Shown: positions 8,900-19,088, numbered from the stretch's first letter. The stretch is DNA of 29,183 nt from Promethearchaeota archaeon (GCA_048940645.1 JBHLOI010000044.1:1-29183), one strand, 5' to 3'. Notes: generated by a model not told the origin, from the letters alone. Numbers and translations are program-made.

Positions 8900-10819
8900 A
8901 TGGAACATTTTGATTATGAAAGCTTAGGGTTAAAATGTGGTTTAGAAATCCATCAACAATTAGATACTGAAAAAAAATTATTTTGTAGATGTCCCACGGT
9001 ACTTCAAGGTACAAGGGAACCAGATTTTACAATTAAAAGATACATGAGACCTGTGTTGGGAGAGATGGGCACATTTGATAAAGCTATGCTAACAGAATAT
9101 GAAAAAGGAATGGATATAGTTTATGAGGGATATAATGATGTTATTTGTACTTATGAATTGGACGATACACCTCCTTTTTCATGTAATGAGGAAGCTCGAA
9201 GAATTGCTTTACAAATTGCCTTACTTCTAAATGCTAATATTATTGAAGAGATGCATGTATGTAGAAAAAATTATCTGGATGGAAGTGTTCCAAGTGGATT
9301 TCAGAGAACTATGATTCTCGGAACTGATGGCTATATAACTTTAGAAAGTGGAAAAAAGATTCGAATAGATATATTAAGTCTGGAGGAGGAAGCGGCTAGG
9401 AAGATTAAAACTGAAAATAAAACTAATTACTTTCGAGTAGATAGATTAGGAATTCCTTTGATAGAAGTCACTACTAAACCAGATATATCTCATCCTGATG
9501 AATGTAAAGAATGTGCTGAAAGGATAGGATTATTATTCTGGTCAACCAAAGTAAAGAAAGTTATAGGTTCTATTCGTCAAGATGTTAACGTTAGTATTAA
9601 ATCTGGTACAAGAATTGAAATAAAAGGAGTCCAAAAATTAAGCTGGATACCAATATTGATTAATAATGAAATTTCTCGTCAAATTAAATTAATTGAAATT
9701 AAAAACGAATTAGCTAAAAGAAATATAAGTTCGGATAATATTACTGAAGATTTTATAGATTTATCCGGAAAAATGAAAAATTCAAAATCAAATTTCATTT
9801 CACAAGGATTAAAATCTGGAAAAAAATTATACGGGATTAATTTCAAGGGATTTAAAGGAATTTTCGGAAAAGAATTAATAAAAGACTATAGGTTTGGAAC
9901 AGAAGTAAGTGGCAAGGTAAAAATTCTTACTGGATTAAAAGGAATTATACATTCAGATGAGAAGCTTGAAAATTATGATATTCCTAAAGAAGAAACTGAA
10001 AAGTTAAGGAAGTTTTTAAAATCTAACCCAAATGATTGCTTTATATTAGTTTTGGGTATAGAAAAAAATGTAAATAAAGCAATAAAAGTAATTATCAAAA
10101 GGGTTAAAAGTGCTTTTAAAGGCGTGCCCCCAGAGACAAGAAGAGCTCTTGAAGACGGAAGGACAGAATTTTTAAGGGAGTTACATGGTGGAGCGAGATT
10201 ATATCCAGATACAGATTCTAAAGCAATAATTAATACAACCAGTGAAATCGAAGAAATTAAAGATACTTTACCCAAATACCCCTGGGAAGTCATTAAAAAT
10301 TATTCTAAAAAATATAATACTGAGGAACGTATGATAAAAGAATTAATTTTTGATGGCAATTTAGCCTTATTTGAAAAATTAATAAAAATCTATCCTGAAA
10401 ATCCTACAATAATTTTTACAACACTTTTAGAAACTACCACCGCATTAAGTCGTGAGGGAAAAGATATAGCAATAATTTCCGATCAAGATTATATGGAACT
10501 CTTTCAAGAATTAAAGGATAAAAATATTGTCAGAGAAGCTATTGAAGAAATTATGGCTACTAAAGCGGATTTTCCTAACTTATCAATAAAGCAAATAAAA
10601 GAAAAACTTGATATTGAAAGCATTTCAACTGTAGAATTAGCGAAGATTATTCGAAAAATACTTGAAAAAAATATTAAAATAATAAAAGAAAGGGAAATGA
10701 GAGCATTAGGACCATTAATGGGAGAAATCATGAAGGAAGTTAGAGGTAAAATAGATGGTTCTACAGTCTCTAAAGAATTAAAGAATCAATTAGAAAATAA
10801 GTTAAAGGAGCTAAAATAA
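8900..10819 (+). CDS. gatE: Glu-tRNA(Gln) amidotransferase subunit E
   Basis: Motifs GLKCGLEIHQQL, DGSVPSGFQRT, DRLGIPLIEV, IRQDVNVSI, VPPETR; C-terminal Yqey-like domain. Confidence 0.96.
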   Translation: MEHFDYESLGLKCGLEIHQQLDTEKKLFCRCPTVLQGTREPDFTIKRYMRPVLGEMGTFDKAMLTEYEKGMDIVYEGYNDVICTYELDDTPPFSCNEEARRIALQIALLLNANIIEEMHVCRKNYLDGSVPSGFQRTMILGTDGYITLESGKKIRIDILSLEEEAARKIKTENKTNYFRVDRLGIPLIEVTTKPDISHPDECKECAERIGLLFWSTKVKKVIGSIRQDVNVSIKSGTRIEIKGVQKLSWIPILINNEISRQIKLIEIKNELAKRNISSDNITEDFIDLSGKMKNSKSNFISQGLKSGKKLYGINFKGFKGIFGKELIKDYRFGTEVSGKVKILTGLKGIIHSDEKLENYDIPKEETEKLRKFLKSNPNDCFILVLGIEKNVNKAIKVIIKRVKSAFKGVPPETRRALEDGRTEFLRELHGGARLYPDTDSKAIINTTSEIEEIKDTLPKYPWEVIKNYSKKYNTEERMIKELIFDGNLALFEKLIKIYPENPTIIFTTLLETTTALSREGKDIAIISDQDYMELFQELKDKNIVREAIEEIMATKADFPNLSIKQIKEKLDIESISTVELAKIIRKILEKNIKIIKEREMRALGPLMGEIMKEVRGKIDGSTVSKELKNQLENKLKELK

Positions 10820-12178
10820 ATGCAAGACCAATTAAAAGGTTATAAAGGAAAAGCAAAGGAATTTCTTAAAAAACACAAAATTAACATCTGGGATATTATT
10901 GAGTTAAAAACAAAAAAAACCAAATTAGAAGGAATATTATTACCTCGATATGAACATTCTGCTCCAAATCTAATAGAAATAAAACTTGAAAATAATTATA
11001 ATATCGGAATTAATATTAATGAAATTACTGAAATAGCAAAAATCGGGAAAAGAGAAGCAAAGTACAAAATCCCAGAAAAAACTTTTCCTAAAAACGACCT
11101 ATTACCAAGAGTTAAATTACTTGGTACAGGTGGAACGGTTGCTTCGAGATTAGATTATACTACTGGAGCAGTTATACCATCATTTACTCCAGGTGAGCTA
11201 TTCAGTTCTGTCCCAGAATTAGCAGAAATATGTAATCTTGAATGTGAATTAGTATTTGAAATATTATCTGAAAATATGAAACCAGAATACTGGCAAAAGT
11301 TAGCAGATAAAGTCGAGCAAGCCGCAAATTCGGGAATAGAAGGGGTTATCATTGGACATGGAACAGATACGATGTCTATCACAAGTGCCGCATTATCGTT
11401 CATGTTAAAGGACCTATCAATTCCAGTGGTTCTAGTAGGCAGTCAAAGGAGTTCTGATCGTCCCTCTTCTGACGCTGCTCTGAATCTAATAAACGCTGCT
11501 ACTGTTGCTACATCTGATATAGCAGAAGTTGTCGTAACAATGTTAGGATCACCCTCACATGATTATGGTTTAATTCATAGGGGAACCCTCGTAAGAAAAA
11601 TGCATTCATCTGTCAGAGATACTTTTCGAACTATAAACGATATCCCATTAGGGATGGTTCGAAATAGACAAATTAAAATGTTTAAAAAAGATTATAAAAA
11701 GAAAGATAAGCTAGAAACAAGAGCTCTCACGAAATTTGAAAAGAAAATCGCCATAATCTATTCATATCCCGGCGTTGAGGATGAATTAATTGATTTTTAT
11801 ATCGATAATGGATATAAAGGAATTGTATTTGCTGGGACTGGATTAGGCCACGTGAGTACTACTATTTATAAATCAATTGAAAGAGCGATTCAAGAGGGGT
11901 TAACCATCTTGATGACAACTCAGACGTTACATGGTTTTGTTGGCATGGATGTATATTCCACTGGGAGAGAATTACAAAATTTAGGTGTAATTCCTGGAAA
12001 GAATCTTCTACCTGAAGTCGCTTACGTAAAATTAGGTTGGATCTTAGGACAAACTAATGATAAAGAACAAATTAAAGAATTATTACTTCATAATATAGCT
12101 GGTGAATTTATAGAGAGAGAAATTCCAATTGCATTTAATTATAACATTGATGAATTATTAGAAAAAGGAAAGTTATAA
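10820..12178 (+). CDS. gatD: Glu-tRNA(Gln) amidotransferase subunit D
   Basis: Motifs TGGTVASRLDY, HGTDTM, GSQRSSDRPSSD, RKMHSS. Confidence 0.96.
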   Translation: MQDQLKGYKGKAKEFLKKHKINIWDIIELKTKKTKLEGILLPRYEHSAPNLIEIKLENNYNIGININEITEIAKIGKREAKYKIPEKTFPKNDLLPRVKLLGTGGTVASRLDYTTGAVIPSFTPGELFSSVPELAEICNLECELVFEILSENMKPEYWQKLADKVEQAANSGIEGVIIGHGTDTMSITSAALSFMLKDLSIPVVLVGSQRSSDRPSSDAALNLINAATVATSDIAEVVVTMLGSPSHDYGLIHRGTLVRKMHSSVRDTFRTINDIPLGMVRNRQIKMFKKDYKKKDKLETRALTKFEKKIAIIYSYPGVEDELIDFYIDNGYKGIVFAGTGLGHVSTTIYKSIERAIQEGLTILMTTQTLHGFVGMDVYSTGRELQNLGVIPGKNLLPEVAYVKLGWILGQTNDKEQIKELLLHNIAGEFIEREIPIAFNYNIDELLEKGKL

Positions 12179-12287
12179 ACTTCATTTACAATTTTAACCT
12201 AAAAATATTTATAAAATGAGAAAAACAATAAAAAATTTAAACTTTCATTAATTCCAAAAAAGTAATTTACTATTATCAGTGAATAAT

Positions 12288-13016
12288 ATGGGAAAACGAA
12301 TACTAGCACAAAGAAAAGGACATGGAAATTTATGGGCACGCTCTCCAAGTCATCGACATGTAGGAGCTATTAAATATCGTCCATTCAAAGAGAAGGAAAA
12401 ATCATTCAAATTCAAACTAATAGAATTAATTCATTCACCTGGTAGGGGTGCTCCAGTTGCAAAGATTCAATACGATGATGGTGAAAAAGGACTTTGGTTG
12501 CCCCCAGAAGGAGTGTTTGAAGGTGAAGAATTCATCCAATCTAAGACAGGCTATGGTCAAGATGTATCAGTTGGAAATATTTTTCCACTTAAGAAAATTC
12601 CTATAGGCACACTTGTATTTAACATCGAGGGAACTCCTCAGGATGGAGGTAAATTTGCCAGAGCATCTGGAGTTGCGGCTATTCTAAAAAACAGATCAAA
12701 AGGAAAGGTTCAGTTATTATTCCGATCGAAGAAAATAAAATGGTTCAATGAAAATTGTTTATGCACCGTTGGAGTTGTCGCGGGAGGAGGAAGAACAGAT
12801 AAACCATTTTTAAAGGCTGGTAATAAATTCCATTATATAAGATCAAAAGCTAAAAAATGGCCTATCGTTCGCGGAGTCACTATGAACGCATGCTCTCATC
12901 CTTATGGTGGAGGCGCTAAGCAATCACCTCATAAACCAACTACAACTTCTAGAAATGCTCCTCCAGGAAGGAAAGTTGGACAAATAGCAGCAAGAAGAAC
13001 GGGTTATAGAAAATAA
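12288..13016 (+). CDS. rpl2: 50S ribosomal protein L2
   Basis: MGKRILAQRKG start, HSPGRGAPVA, GGKFARASG, WPIVRGVTMN, HPYGGG, APPGRKVG. Confidence 0.97.
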   Translation: MGKRILAQRKGHGNLWARSPSHRHVGAIKYRPFKEKEKSFKFKLIELIHSPGRGAPVAKIQYDDGEKGLWLPPEGVFEGEEFIQSKTGYGQDVSVGNIFPLKKIPIGTLVFNIEGTPQDGGKFARASGVAAILKNRSKGKVQLLFRSKKIKWFNENCLCTVGVVAGGGRTDKPFLKAGNKFHYIRSKAKKWPIVRGVTMNACSHPYGGGAKQSPHKPTTTSRNAPPGRKVGQIAARRTGYRK

Positions 13017-13026
13017 CCCAGAAATC

Positions 13027-13917
13027 TTATTGACCCTTAAAATTAAAGGTTATATTTTTTAACAATTCTTTATATCTCGAACGTAATGTTACCTCTGTAA
13101 CACCAATTATTCGAGAAATATCTTTTTGACTTACTTTAACATTTCTAAGCTTTGAAACTAAATACAGAGAACCAGCGCATAAACCTTTTGGATCTTTACC
13201 TGATATTGATCTCTTATTGATGTAATTCTGTAATACACGCATTGCCTCTTTTTCAACCTCAATTCCTAAATTTAAATCAGCAGAATAACGGGGTATTAAT
13301 GATACAGGGTCTATGTGGGAAATTTTTAAATTCAATTCCCTTACTAAAATTTTATAACATTTTTTTACGATATTATCGCTTATTGAAGCTTCATCCAATA
13401 TTTCCTGAAGGGTTATTGGCACTCTCTCATCCTTACATGCATAGTAAGCACAAGCAGCAACCATACCATTAATAGATCTCCCCCTTAATAATTGCCTTTT
13501 AAATACCTCCTTATATAACCGAACTGCTGATTTTTTTACTCTCTCTGGAAAATTTAAATTTCCTCCAATTCTCTTTAATTCAGTAATAGCCATAAGCATA
13601 TTTCGCTTTTCCCAAGATAGATGTGTGTTCCATTTTGCTGCTCTCCTTAAATCTGGATTTTTAATCTTTGTTCTATCGATTACAGTACTTAAACCAATAT
13701 CAGGCATTAAAATTGACATTGGTGATCCCGTTCTCTCCTTTTTATCTTTCTCATGCTTTGAATATGCCCGAATCCCACTGTGATTTATATCTAAACCCCT
13801 TTCTCCAACCACTAACCCACATTGCTTACAAACAGTTTCTCCTCTTTCTTGACTAATAATGGTAGCCCCTCCACATTCAGGGCAAGTATTAGAAACAATA
13901 TCTATTTCTACAACCAT
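13027..13917 (-). CDS. tfb: Transcription initiation factor IIB
   Basis: Zn ribbon CPECG...CKQCG, two cyclin repeats (LLRGRSI, GKDPKG) and GVTEVTLRSRYKEL. Confidence 0.96.
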   Translation of the reverse strand: MVVEIDIVSNTCPECGGATIISQERGETVCKQCGLVVGERGLDINHSGIRAYSKHEKDKKERTGSPMSILMPDIGLSTVIDRTKIKNPDLRRAAKWNTHLSWEKRNMLMAITELKRIGGNLNFPERVKKSAVRLYKEVFKRQLLRGRSINGMVAACAYYACKDERVPITLQEILDEASISDNIVKKCYKILVRELNLKISHIDPVSLIPRYSADLNLGIEVEKEAMRVLQNYINKRSISGKDPKGLCAGSLYLVSKLRNVKVSQKDISRIIGVTEVTLRSRYKELLKNITFNFKGQ

Positions 13918-14486
13918 ATTATTAAAACCTCAACCATACCCCTTAATTATCCATAAAAAAATTTTTTGTCGCTTTTTTCATAGGACTTTGATAACAAATA
14001 ATTATTTTTACACACACAAAATTGTTTTGTTATGATCAAATCTAGATGTTTTTATATTTAAATGTTATGGTAGTAACTGAAAATTTATAAACAAAGCTTT
14101 TTAATTGTATTTTTTACAACAAATTGAGATTTATCGTTATAATAAATTATAGTATTATTTAGGTATTAATAAAATGCAGAAAAAATAGTAAAATGACTTT
14201 TGCTAACTGTTATTTTACATACAATAGAGGATCTTAATTTTACCATAATTTCTTTTTGTTCACACGAATTCTTCGATTTTGTCGTTTTTTTATAAAATTT
14301 TTTTTTTCAGAAAATATTAAATAAATGTAGTTTTACTAATGTGTTGCTAGAAATAGTTTAGTGGTAAAAATTATTTTTGGTCAAAATTTTCGCTATAAAG
14401 GTGAATTATAAATCACTAAGGCACCACATAAGTCTGATAACAGGGAAAAGGGTAAAGAGAGAGATTTAGATAAATTAGAAAAAGAT

Positions 14487-15425
14487 ATGAATGATAAAGA
14501 ACCAAACGATATTAGAAGTTCACTTTCAGAGGATGAGAAAGAAAATATCGATTTAGAGAGTGAATTAGGAAAAAAATTAATACATTTATATGAACAACAA
14601 ACAGAAAAACATGCTGTTTGGCGAAGTAATGTTACAGAAGCATTTAAAAAATGGTTAAGAGGAGAAAAAATTTATACTCGTGAAAAAGAACGCATATCTC
14701 TTTATGTATCAGAAGAAACAAAAAATGAATGGCAAGATTTTATTAATCAAAACAAAGAAGAATTTCCCACTTTTTCCGAACTTATAAGACAGGGTGTAAA
14801 ATCTTTTATCGAGGATTCAGAGAAAGGAAGGAGTGAACTCTCAAAATTAAATCAACACACAATCTCGAATATCTCTCATGCGTTAAAAGAGCCCCTTACA
14901 TCAATAAAAGGATATTCTCAATTTTTATTTGAAAATGAAAGTTATAAGGAAAAGTTAAGTGAAGACGTACAAGATAAGCTCAAAAATATATTAGAGCAAA
15001 GTAATCTTCTCGAGAATAGAATAATTAGTTTTTTAGATAATATCAAAATTCAAAATCATGAATATGACATCTTACTAATTGAAGATGATTTAGCTACAAT
15101 TCGATTAATCACAAGTTATTTTGATAGTAAAGGATATATTTGTAAGGGTGTTGTAAGCGGTTCAAAAGGTTTGGAAGAATTAGGTAGAGCACAACCAAAA
15201 GTAATTTTATTAGATATAATTCTCCCTGATTTAAGTGGTTATGATATTTGTAAAACTATTAAATCAGACAAGGAATTTAGAAAAATTCCTACTTTCTTTT
15301 TAACAGCGATTTCTGGCTCAGAAGTTGAGAAACATTTAAAAGAAACAAATGCCGATGGATATATTTTAAAACCTTTTAACTTTTCTGATTTTGGAGTAAT
15401 TTTCGAGATATTACGAGCTAGATAA
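14487..15425 (+). CDS. Response regulator with RHH-like, HisKA-like and REC domains (no HATPase)
   Basis: RISLYVSEETKNEW...TFSELIR, ISHALKEPLTSIKGYSQ; REC motifs LLIEDD, LLDIILPD, LTA, KPF. Confidence 0.85.
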   Translation: MNDKEPNDIRSSLSEDEKENIDLESELGKKLIHLYEQQTEKHAVWRSNVTEAFKKWLRGEKIYTREKERISLYVSEETKNEWQDFINQNKEEFPTFSELIRQGVKSFIEDSEKGRSELSKLNQHTISNISHALKEPLTSIKGYSQFLFENESYKEKLSEDVQDKLKNILEQSNLLENRIISFLDNIKIQNHEYDILLIEDDLATIRLITSYFDSKGYICKGVVSGSKGLEELGRAQPKVILLDIILPDLSGYDICKTIKSDKEFRKIPTFFLTAISGSEVEKHLKETNADGYILKPFNFSDFGVIFEILRAR

Positions 15426-15600
15426 AGTATTTCTCCTATCCTTCTTACTAATAGATAGTCATTATAATTAATATCACCCATATTTTATTTTTATAACTAA
15501 AAATGAAAAAACATAAATTTGGTAAAAAACTAATTTTTATCTGTTAATCAGTATTATATGTAAAGCAATTTTTTACATAAATATCACAAATTGATAAATA

Positions 15601-16563
15601 GTGATAATTTTGTCTGAACAGGAACTAAAAGAGAATAATCATAAAAATAAGGAAAATGATAATGTTCCTTTAATGACAGATGAAGAAATTGAAAATCTTG
15701 ATATAGAGAGTCAAAAAGTAAAGAAACTTATGGCACAATATCAAAAAGAGACAGATAAATATGCCGTTTGGCGTGGTAACGTAACAGAAGCCTTTAAAAG
15801 ATGGTTGAAAGGGGAAAAAATTTATGATCGAGATAAAGAAAGAATTTCTCTTTATGTTTCTGAAGACACTAAAGACGGTTGGCAAAAGTTTATCAATCAT
15901 AATAAAGAAACATATAATACCATCTCAAAACTTATTCGTGATTCTGTTGATTATTTTATACAAGAAAAATCTAGTATTTTAAGTAATGGATTGAATAAAC
16001 TGGATAATGAAGCTCTTACAAATCTATCTCATGCATTAAAAGAACCATTAACAACAATAAAAGGCTTTTCACAATTATTATTAGAAAATTATCAAAGTGA
16101 ATTAGATGAAAGTATATTAACAACCATTCAGAACATCTTTGATCAGTCAATTCTCCTTGAAAACCGAATCATAAATATTCTAGACAATATAAAAACCGAA
16201 ACTACCCAATATGATATCTTACTTATTGAAGATGATTTAGCAACAATAAGATTATTAACAAGTTACTTTGAAAGTAAAGGATATAGTTGTCAGGGAGTAG
16301 TAAGTGGTACTAAAGGAATCGAAGAATTAAGGAATAATATCCCAAAATTAATCTTATTGGACATTATCTTACCAGATTATAGTGGTTATGAAATTTGTAA
16401 AATGATTAAATCTGATGGTAAATTAAAAAATATCCCGATATTTCTTTTAACTGCTATTCCTGCCTCTGAGGTTCAAAAACATATGGAAGAAACTATGGCA
16501 GATGGTTTTATTCTAAAACCATTTGATTTTTCTGATTTTGAAGTTATTTTTCACTATTTATAA
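15601..16563 (+). CDS. Paralogous RHH-HisKA-REC response regulator
   Basis: Colinear with 14487..15425 (ERISLYVSE, LSHALKEPLTTIKGFSQ, YDILLIEDDLATIRL, LLDIILPD, KPF). Confidence 0.85.
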   Translation: MIILSEQELKENNHKNKENDNVPLMTDEEIENLDIESQKVKKLMAQYQKETDKYAVWRGNVTEAFKRWLKGEKIYDRDKERISLYVSEDTKDGWQKFINHNKETYNTISKLIRDSVDYFIQEKSSILSNGLNKLDNEALTNLSHALKEPLTTIKGFSQLLLENYQSELDESILTTIQNIFDQSILLENRIINILDNIKTETTQYDILLIEDDLATIRLLTSYFESKGYSCQGVVSGTKGIEELRNNIPKLILLDIILPDYSGYEICKMIKSDGKLKNIPIFLLTAIPASEVQKHMEETMADGFILKPFDFSDFEVIFHYL

Positions 16564-16623
16564 CAAATTTTAATTTAATTTTTAAATAGAAAATCCTGCT
16601 AATATCAATGATATAAAGTAGAG

Positions 16624-16724
16624 CGGGCTATGAGGGATTCGAACCCCCGACCTGCCGGTTTCTTCCGAGGAATTGTGTTTTCCACTTAAGAGCCGGTTGC
16701 GCTACCTGTCTGCGCCAATAGCCC
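16624..16724 (-). tRNA. tRNA-Lys(CTT) with a 27-nt intron at 37/38 (16660-16686)
   Basis: Cloverleaf GGGCTAT/ATAGCCC, D-stem GCGC/GCGC, CCGG-CT-CTT-A[intron]A-CCGG, T-loop TTCGAAT. Confidence 0.93.
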
Positions 16725-16761
16725 TTTATCAGTTAAAGATAAAATACCAATCTAAATTAAA

Positions 16762-16862
16762 CGCAGACGGAGGGACTCGAACCCCCGAGCGCTTACGCGC
16801 ACCGGCTTACTTGAAAAAGATACTGCTCAAGGCCGGCGTCTTACCAGCTAGGCTACGTCTGC
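16762..16862 (-). tRNA. tRNA-Ser(TGA) with an 18-nt intron at 37/38 (16808-16825)
   Basis: GCAGACG/CGTCTGC acceptor stem, long variable arm, CCGGC-CT-TGA-G[CAGTATCTTTTTCAAGTA]A-GCCGG; BHB central helix CTTG/CAAG. Confidence 0.93.
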
Positions 16863-17039
16863 GTATTAAGGATGATAGATATCTTTTTAACCTAATTAGA
16901 CTTTTAGTATTAAAATAGATTATATTTAATATAATAAATCTTTTTTTATTCTTCTCTTTAACGATGGAGAGCTTAGGCGTTATTTAGGGAAAAATATAAA
17001 TTTTATAATACATTTAACCATAAATAAGATGGTGTTAAA

Positions 17040-17522
17040 ATGAGTGGTGCCAAAGATTTTAGATATCTAATACCACAGCGAATTTTTGATGAGATTACTC
17101 AAAAAGCCGCTGAAGAATATCCTTTTATTATACACTTTTGGATATTTGCTGATAGAAAAGAAAATTTTGGTATTGTAAGCAAGTTTATAGTTAATACGGA
17201 TCTACGTAAAACTAAAGTTCATGTAAAACCAAGAAGTTGGATGCGTTATAAAAAATCAAAAATTTATAATATGCGAAAATTCAAACAAGAGCTTGGTGTC
17301 GATATTGTATGGCAAGCACATGTCCATCCTACAGGATCGGAAAAGCTTCATGCCATCGACAAGAGAATTCTGAAGTATTTATCAAATGGAGTCATGATAA
17401 TTGTTATACCCGCTGTTCCAGATAAGGGACAAGAGGCACATTTAGTTGGCTGGTATTATGATAAGAGATATACTAAAAAACCAATTATAGAGAAGATGGT
17501 TTTTGAGATAATCTCTGAATAG
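17040..17522 (+). CDS. JAB/MPN (JAMM-like) domain protein, atypical motif
   Basis: VWQAHVHPTGSEKLHAID matches HxH-x7-[S>H]-x2-D, followed by the hydrophobic strand VMIIVIP. Confidence 0.65.
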   Translation: MSGAKDFRYLIPQRIFDEITQKAAEEYPFIIHFWIFADRKENFGIVSKFIVNTDLRKTKVHVKPRSWMRYKKSKIYNMRKFKQELGVDIVWQAHVHPTGSEKLHAIDKRILKYLSNGVMIIVIPAVPDKGQEAHLVGWYYDKRYTKKPIIEKMVFEIISE

Positions 17523-17666
17523 ACAAGATTGAAAAAATCTTTATTTTTTATAGTTTTTAATTTTAATCAGCGATTAATGGTAAATTTAAAAAGTTTCCTA
17601 ATTTTTGATTCTATAATTTTTTTACTTGTAATTATAACACTAATATAATTAACAAGGCGTAAAAAT

Positions 17667-18842
17667 ATGGACGAAATTTCAATAATAAAAACTGAAATCG
17701 AGAGCTTCGAAGCAAAAAAAGAACATTTTCTCCAGGTCGATATTGTCAAAGCTATGATGATATTTTTAGTAATTTTTGATCACACGTTTCCATGGATGTA
17801 CCACGGTTATATGGTATATAAGGATTATTGGGCTGTTGCTTTGTGGGAACGTATATCTATACCTGTGTTTTTGGTTATATTGGGATTCAATGTAGGATAT
17901 TCATTTAGGCAAAAGGGCCAATATAAGTTAAAGGAGCTCTATTCTTGGCCCTACTTTAAGCGAAAGTTTTGGCGTTATATATTTCCATTTTTAATCTTAT
18001 ATCTTGTCTCAACTTTAATTGGTTTAATTATTGATGGTTTGGATGCTTTAACTCAATTTCAGCCTCAATGGGATTATGGGCATCTTTTTATTGGTATTTT
18101 ACCTTTTTGGGGCCCTGGGAACTGGTTTCTACCCGTACTTTTCGCATCTATTTTGCTCCTGCCTTTACTTTATAAAGGCTTTTCAGGGAAAATATATTGG
18201 CGTATAATTACTTTGATAATCTGCTTTACAATTGAAATAGCAATTCAGTTATTATTTTTCTTCTATATTTATATGCCAACTCATATAGTTCCATTTCCAA
18301 CTTGGGAAGCATATTATAATTATTTGCATACATATATGTGGGTTGCGACGAGTCCATTATTCATGCTTTCTGCCATTGGATTAGGAATGTGGTTTTCTAA
18401 AAACCATAATATATTCGCCAAACAAAACCTATTCATGTGGATTTTGTTTTCATTAAGCCTCCTTTATCTTATAGGATATCAATTTTTTGGCTTTAGTTTT
18501 TCATTCATACGAGGAGATTATAATTTATTCGTATTTCCTTACTCTGCATTTCTATTTCTAATATTGATGAAAGTTTTACCTAAAAAAAGTGATAATTTGT
18601 TTATAAAAGCTATTTCTGTTATCGGTAAATCGACCTATCACATCCTCTTAACCCAAATTCTTTATTTCGCGATAGTTTTTTCTATATATGGGGATCATTA
18701 TTGCGCTAGCATTCTTGGAATTAATCCTTCTAATCTTGGGATATGCTTTTTATATTTGTTAATTAATTGGGGATACTGTATTCCTTTAGGTGTAATTTGG
18801 TGGTACGCAGAAAATAAAATACGAAATTATCGAAAAAGATAA
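17667..18842 (+). CDS. Membrane acyltransferase, acyltransferase-3 (OafA/YrhL) family
   Basis: Many TM segments; DIVKAMMIFLVIFDH, IPVFLVILG, WFL, IGKSTYHILLTQ. Confidence 0.8.
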   Translation: MDEISIIKTEIESFEAKKEHFLQVDIVKAMMIFLVIFDHTFPWMYHGYMVYKDYWAVALWERISIPVFLVILGFNVGYSFRQKGQYKLKELYSWPYFKRKFWRYIFPFLILYLVSTLIGLIIDGLDALTQFQPQWDYGHLFIGILPFWGPGNWFLPVLFASILLLPLLYKGFSGKIYWRIITLIICFTIEIAIQLLFFFYIYMPTHIVPFPTWEAYYNYLHTYMWVATSPLFMLSAIGLGMWFSKNHNIFAKQNLFMWILFSLSLLYLIGYQFFGFSFSFIRGDYNLFVFPYSAFLFLILMKVLPKKSDNLFIKAISVIGKSTYHILLTQILYFAIVFSIYGDHYCASILGINPSNLGICFLYLLINWGYCIPLGVIWWYAENKIRNYRKR

Positions 18843-18966
18843 CATACAATTAAACTACTTTTTTTTTCTAATTTATTAAATACAGAATCTTATTTTAAAG
18901 AAAAAATATTAAAATTTTGAATTTTTATATACAAAATATAGATAAATTTTCTTTTAAGAAAACTTT

Positions 18967-19069
18967 GCTCAGGTCGCTTAGCTTGGTAGAGCGTAAATTA
19001 CGTGCCTAAAGCGCCGGTCTGCTAAACCGGTGTCCGATGGACCCGTGGGTTCGAATCCCACCCTGAGCG
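18967..19069 (+). tRNA. tRNA-Ser(GCT) with a 20-nt non-canonical D-arm intron (about 18990-19009)
   Basis: GCTCAGG/CCTGAGC acceptor stem, CCGGT-CT-GCT-AA-ACCGG, long variable arm, TTCGAAT. The D-arm has 20 extra nt containing the hairpin GCGTA-AAT-TACGT. Confidence 0.9.
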
Positions 19070-19088
19070 TCTAAATATAGGAAAATAT

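Noticed and set aside
16673-16918. 81-aa plus-strand ORF
   Set aside because: It is antisense to tRNA-Lys and tRNA-Ser, so it is a shadow ORF.
16953-16990. Hairpin TAACG...CGTTA upstream of the JAMM gene
   Set aside because: The stem is short and there is no recognisable motif.
16863-18966. tRNA-flanked genomic island (JAMM + acyltransferase)
   Set aside because: No integrase, and no duplicated tRNA 3' end (att site) seen; the genes lie on the 5' sides of both tRNA pairs.
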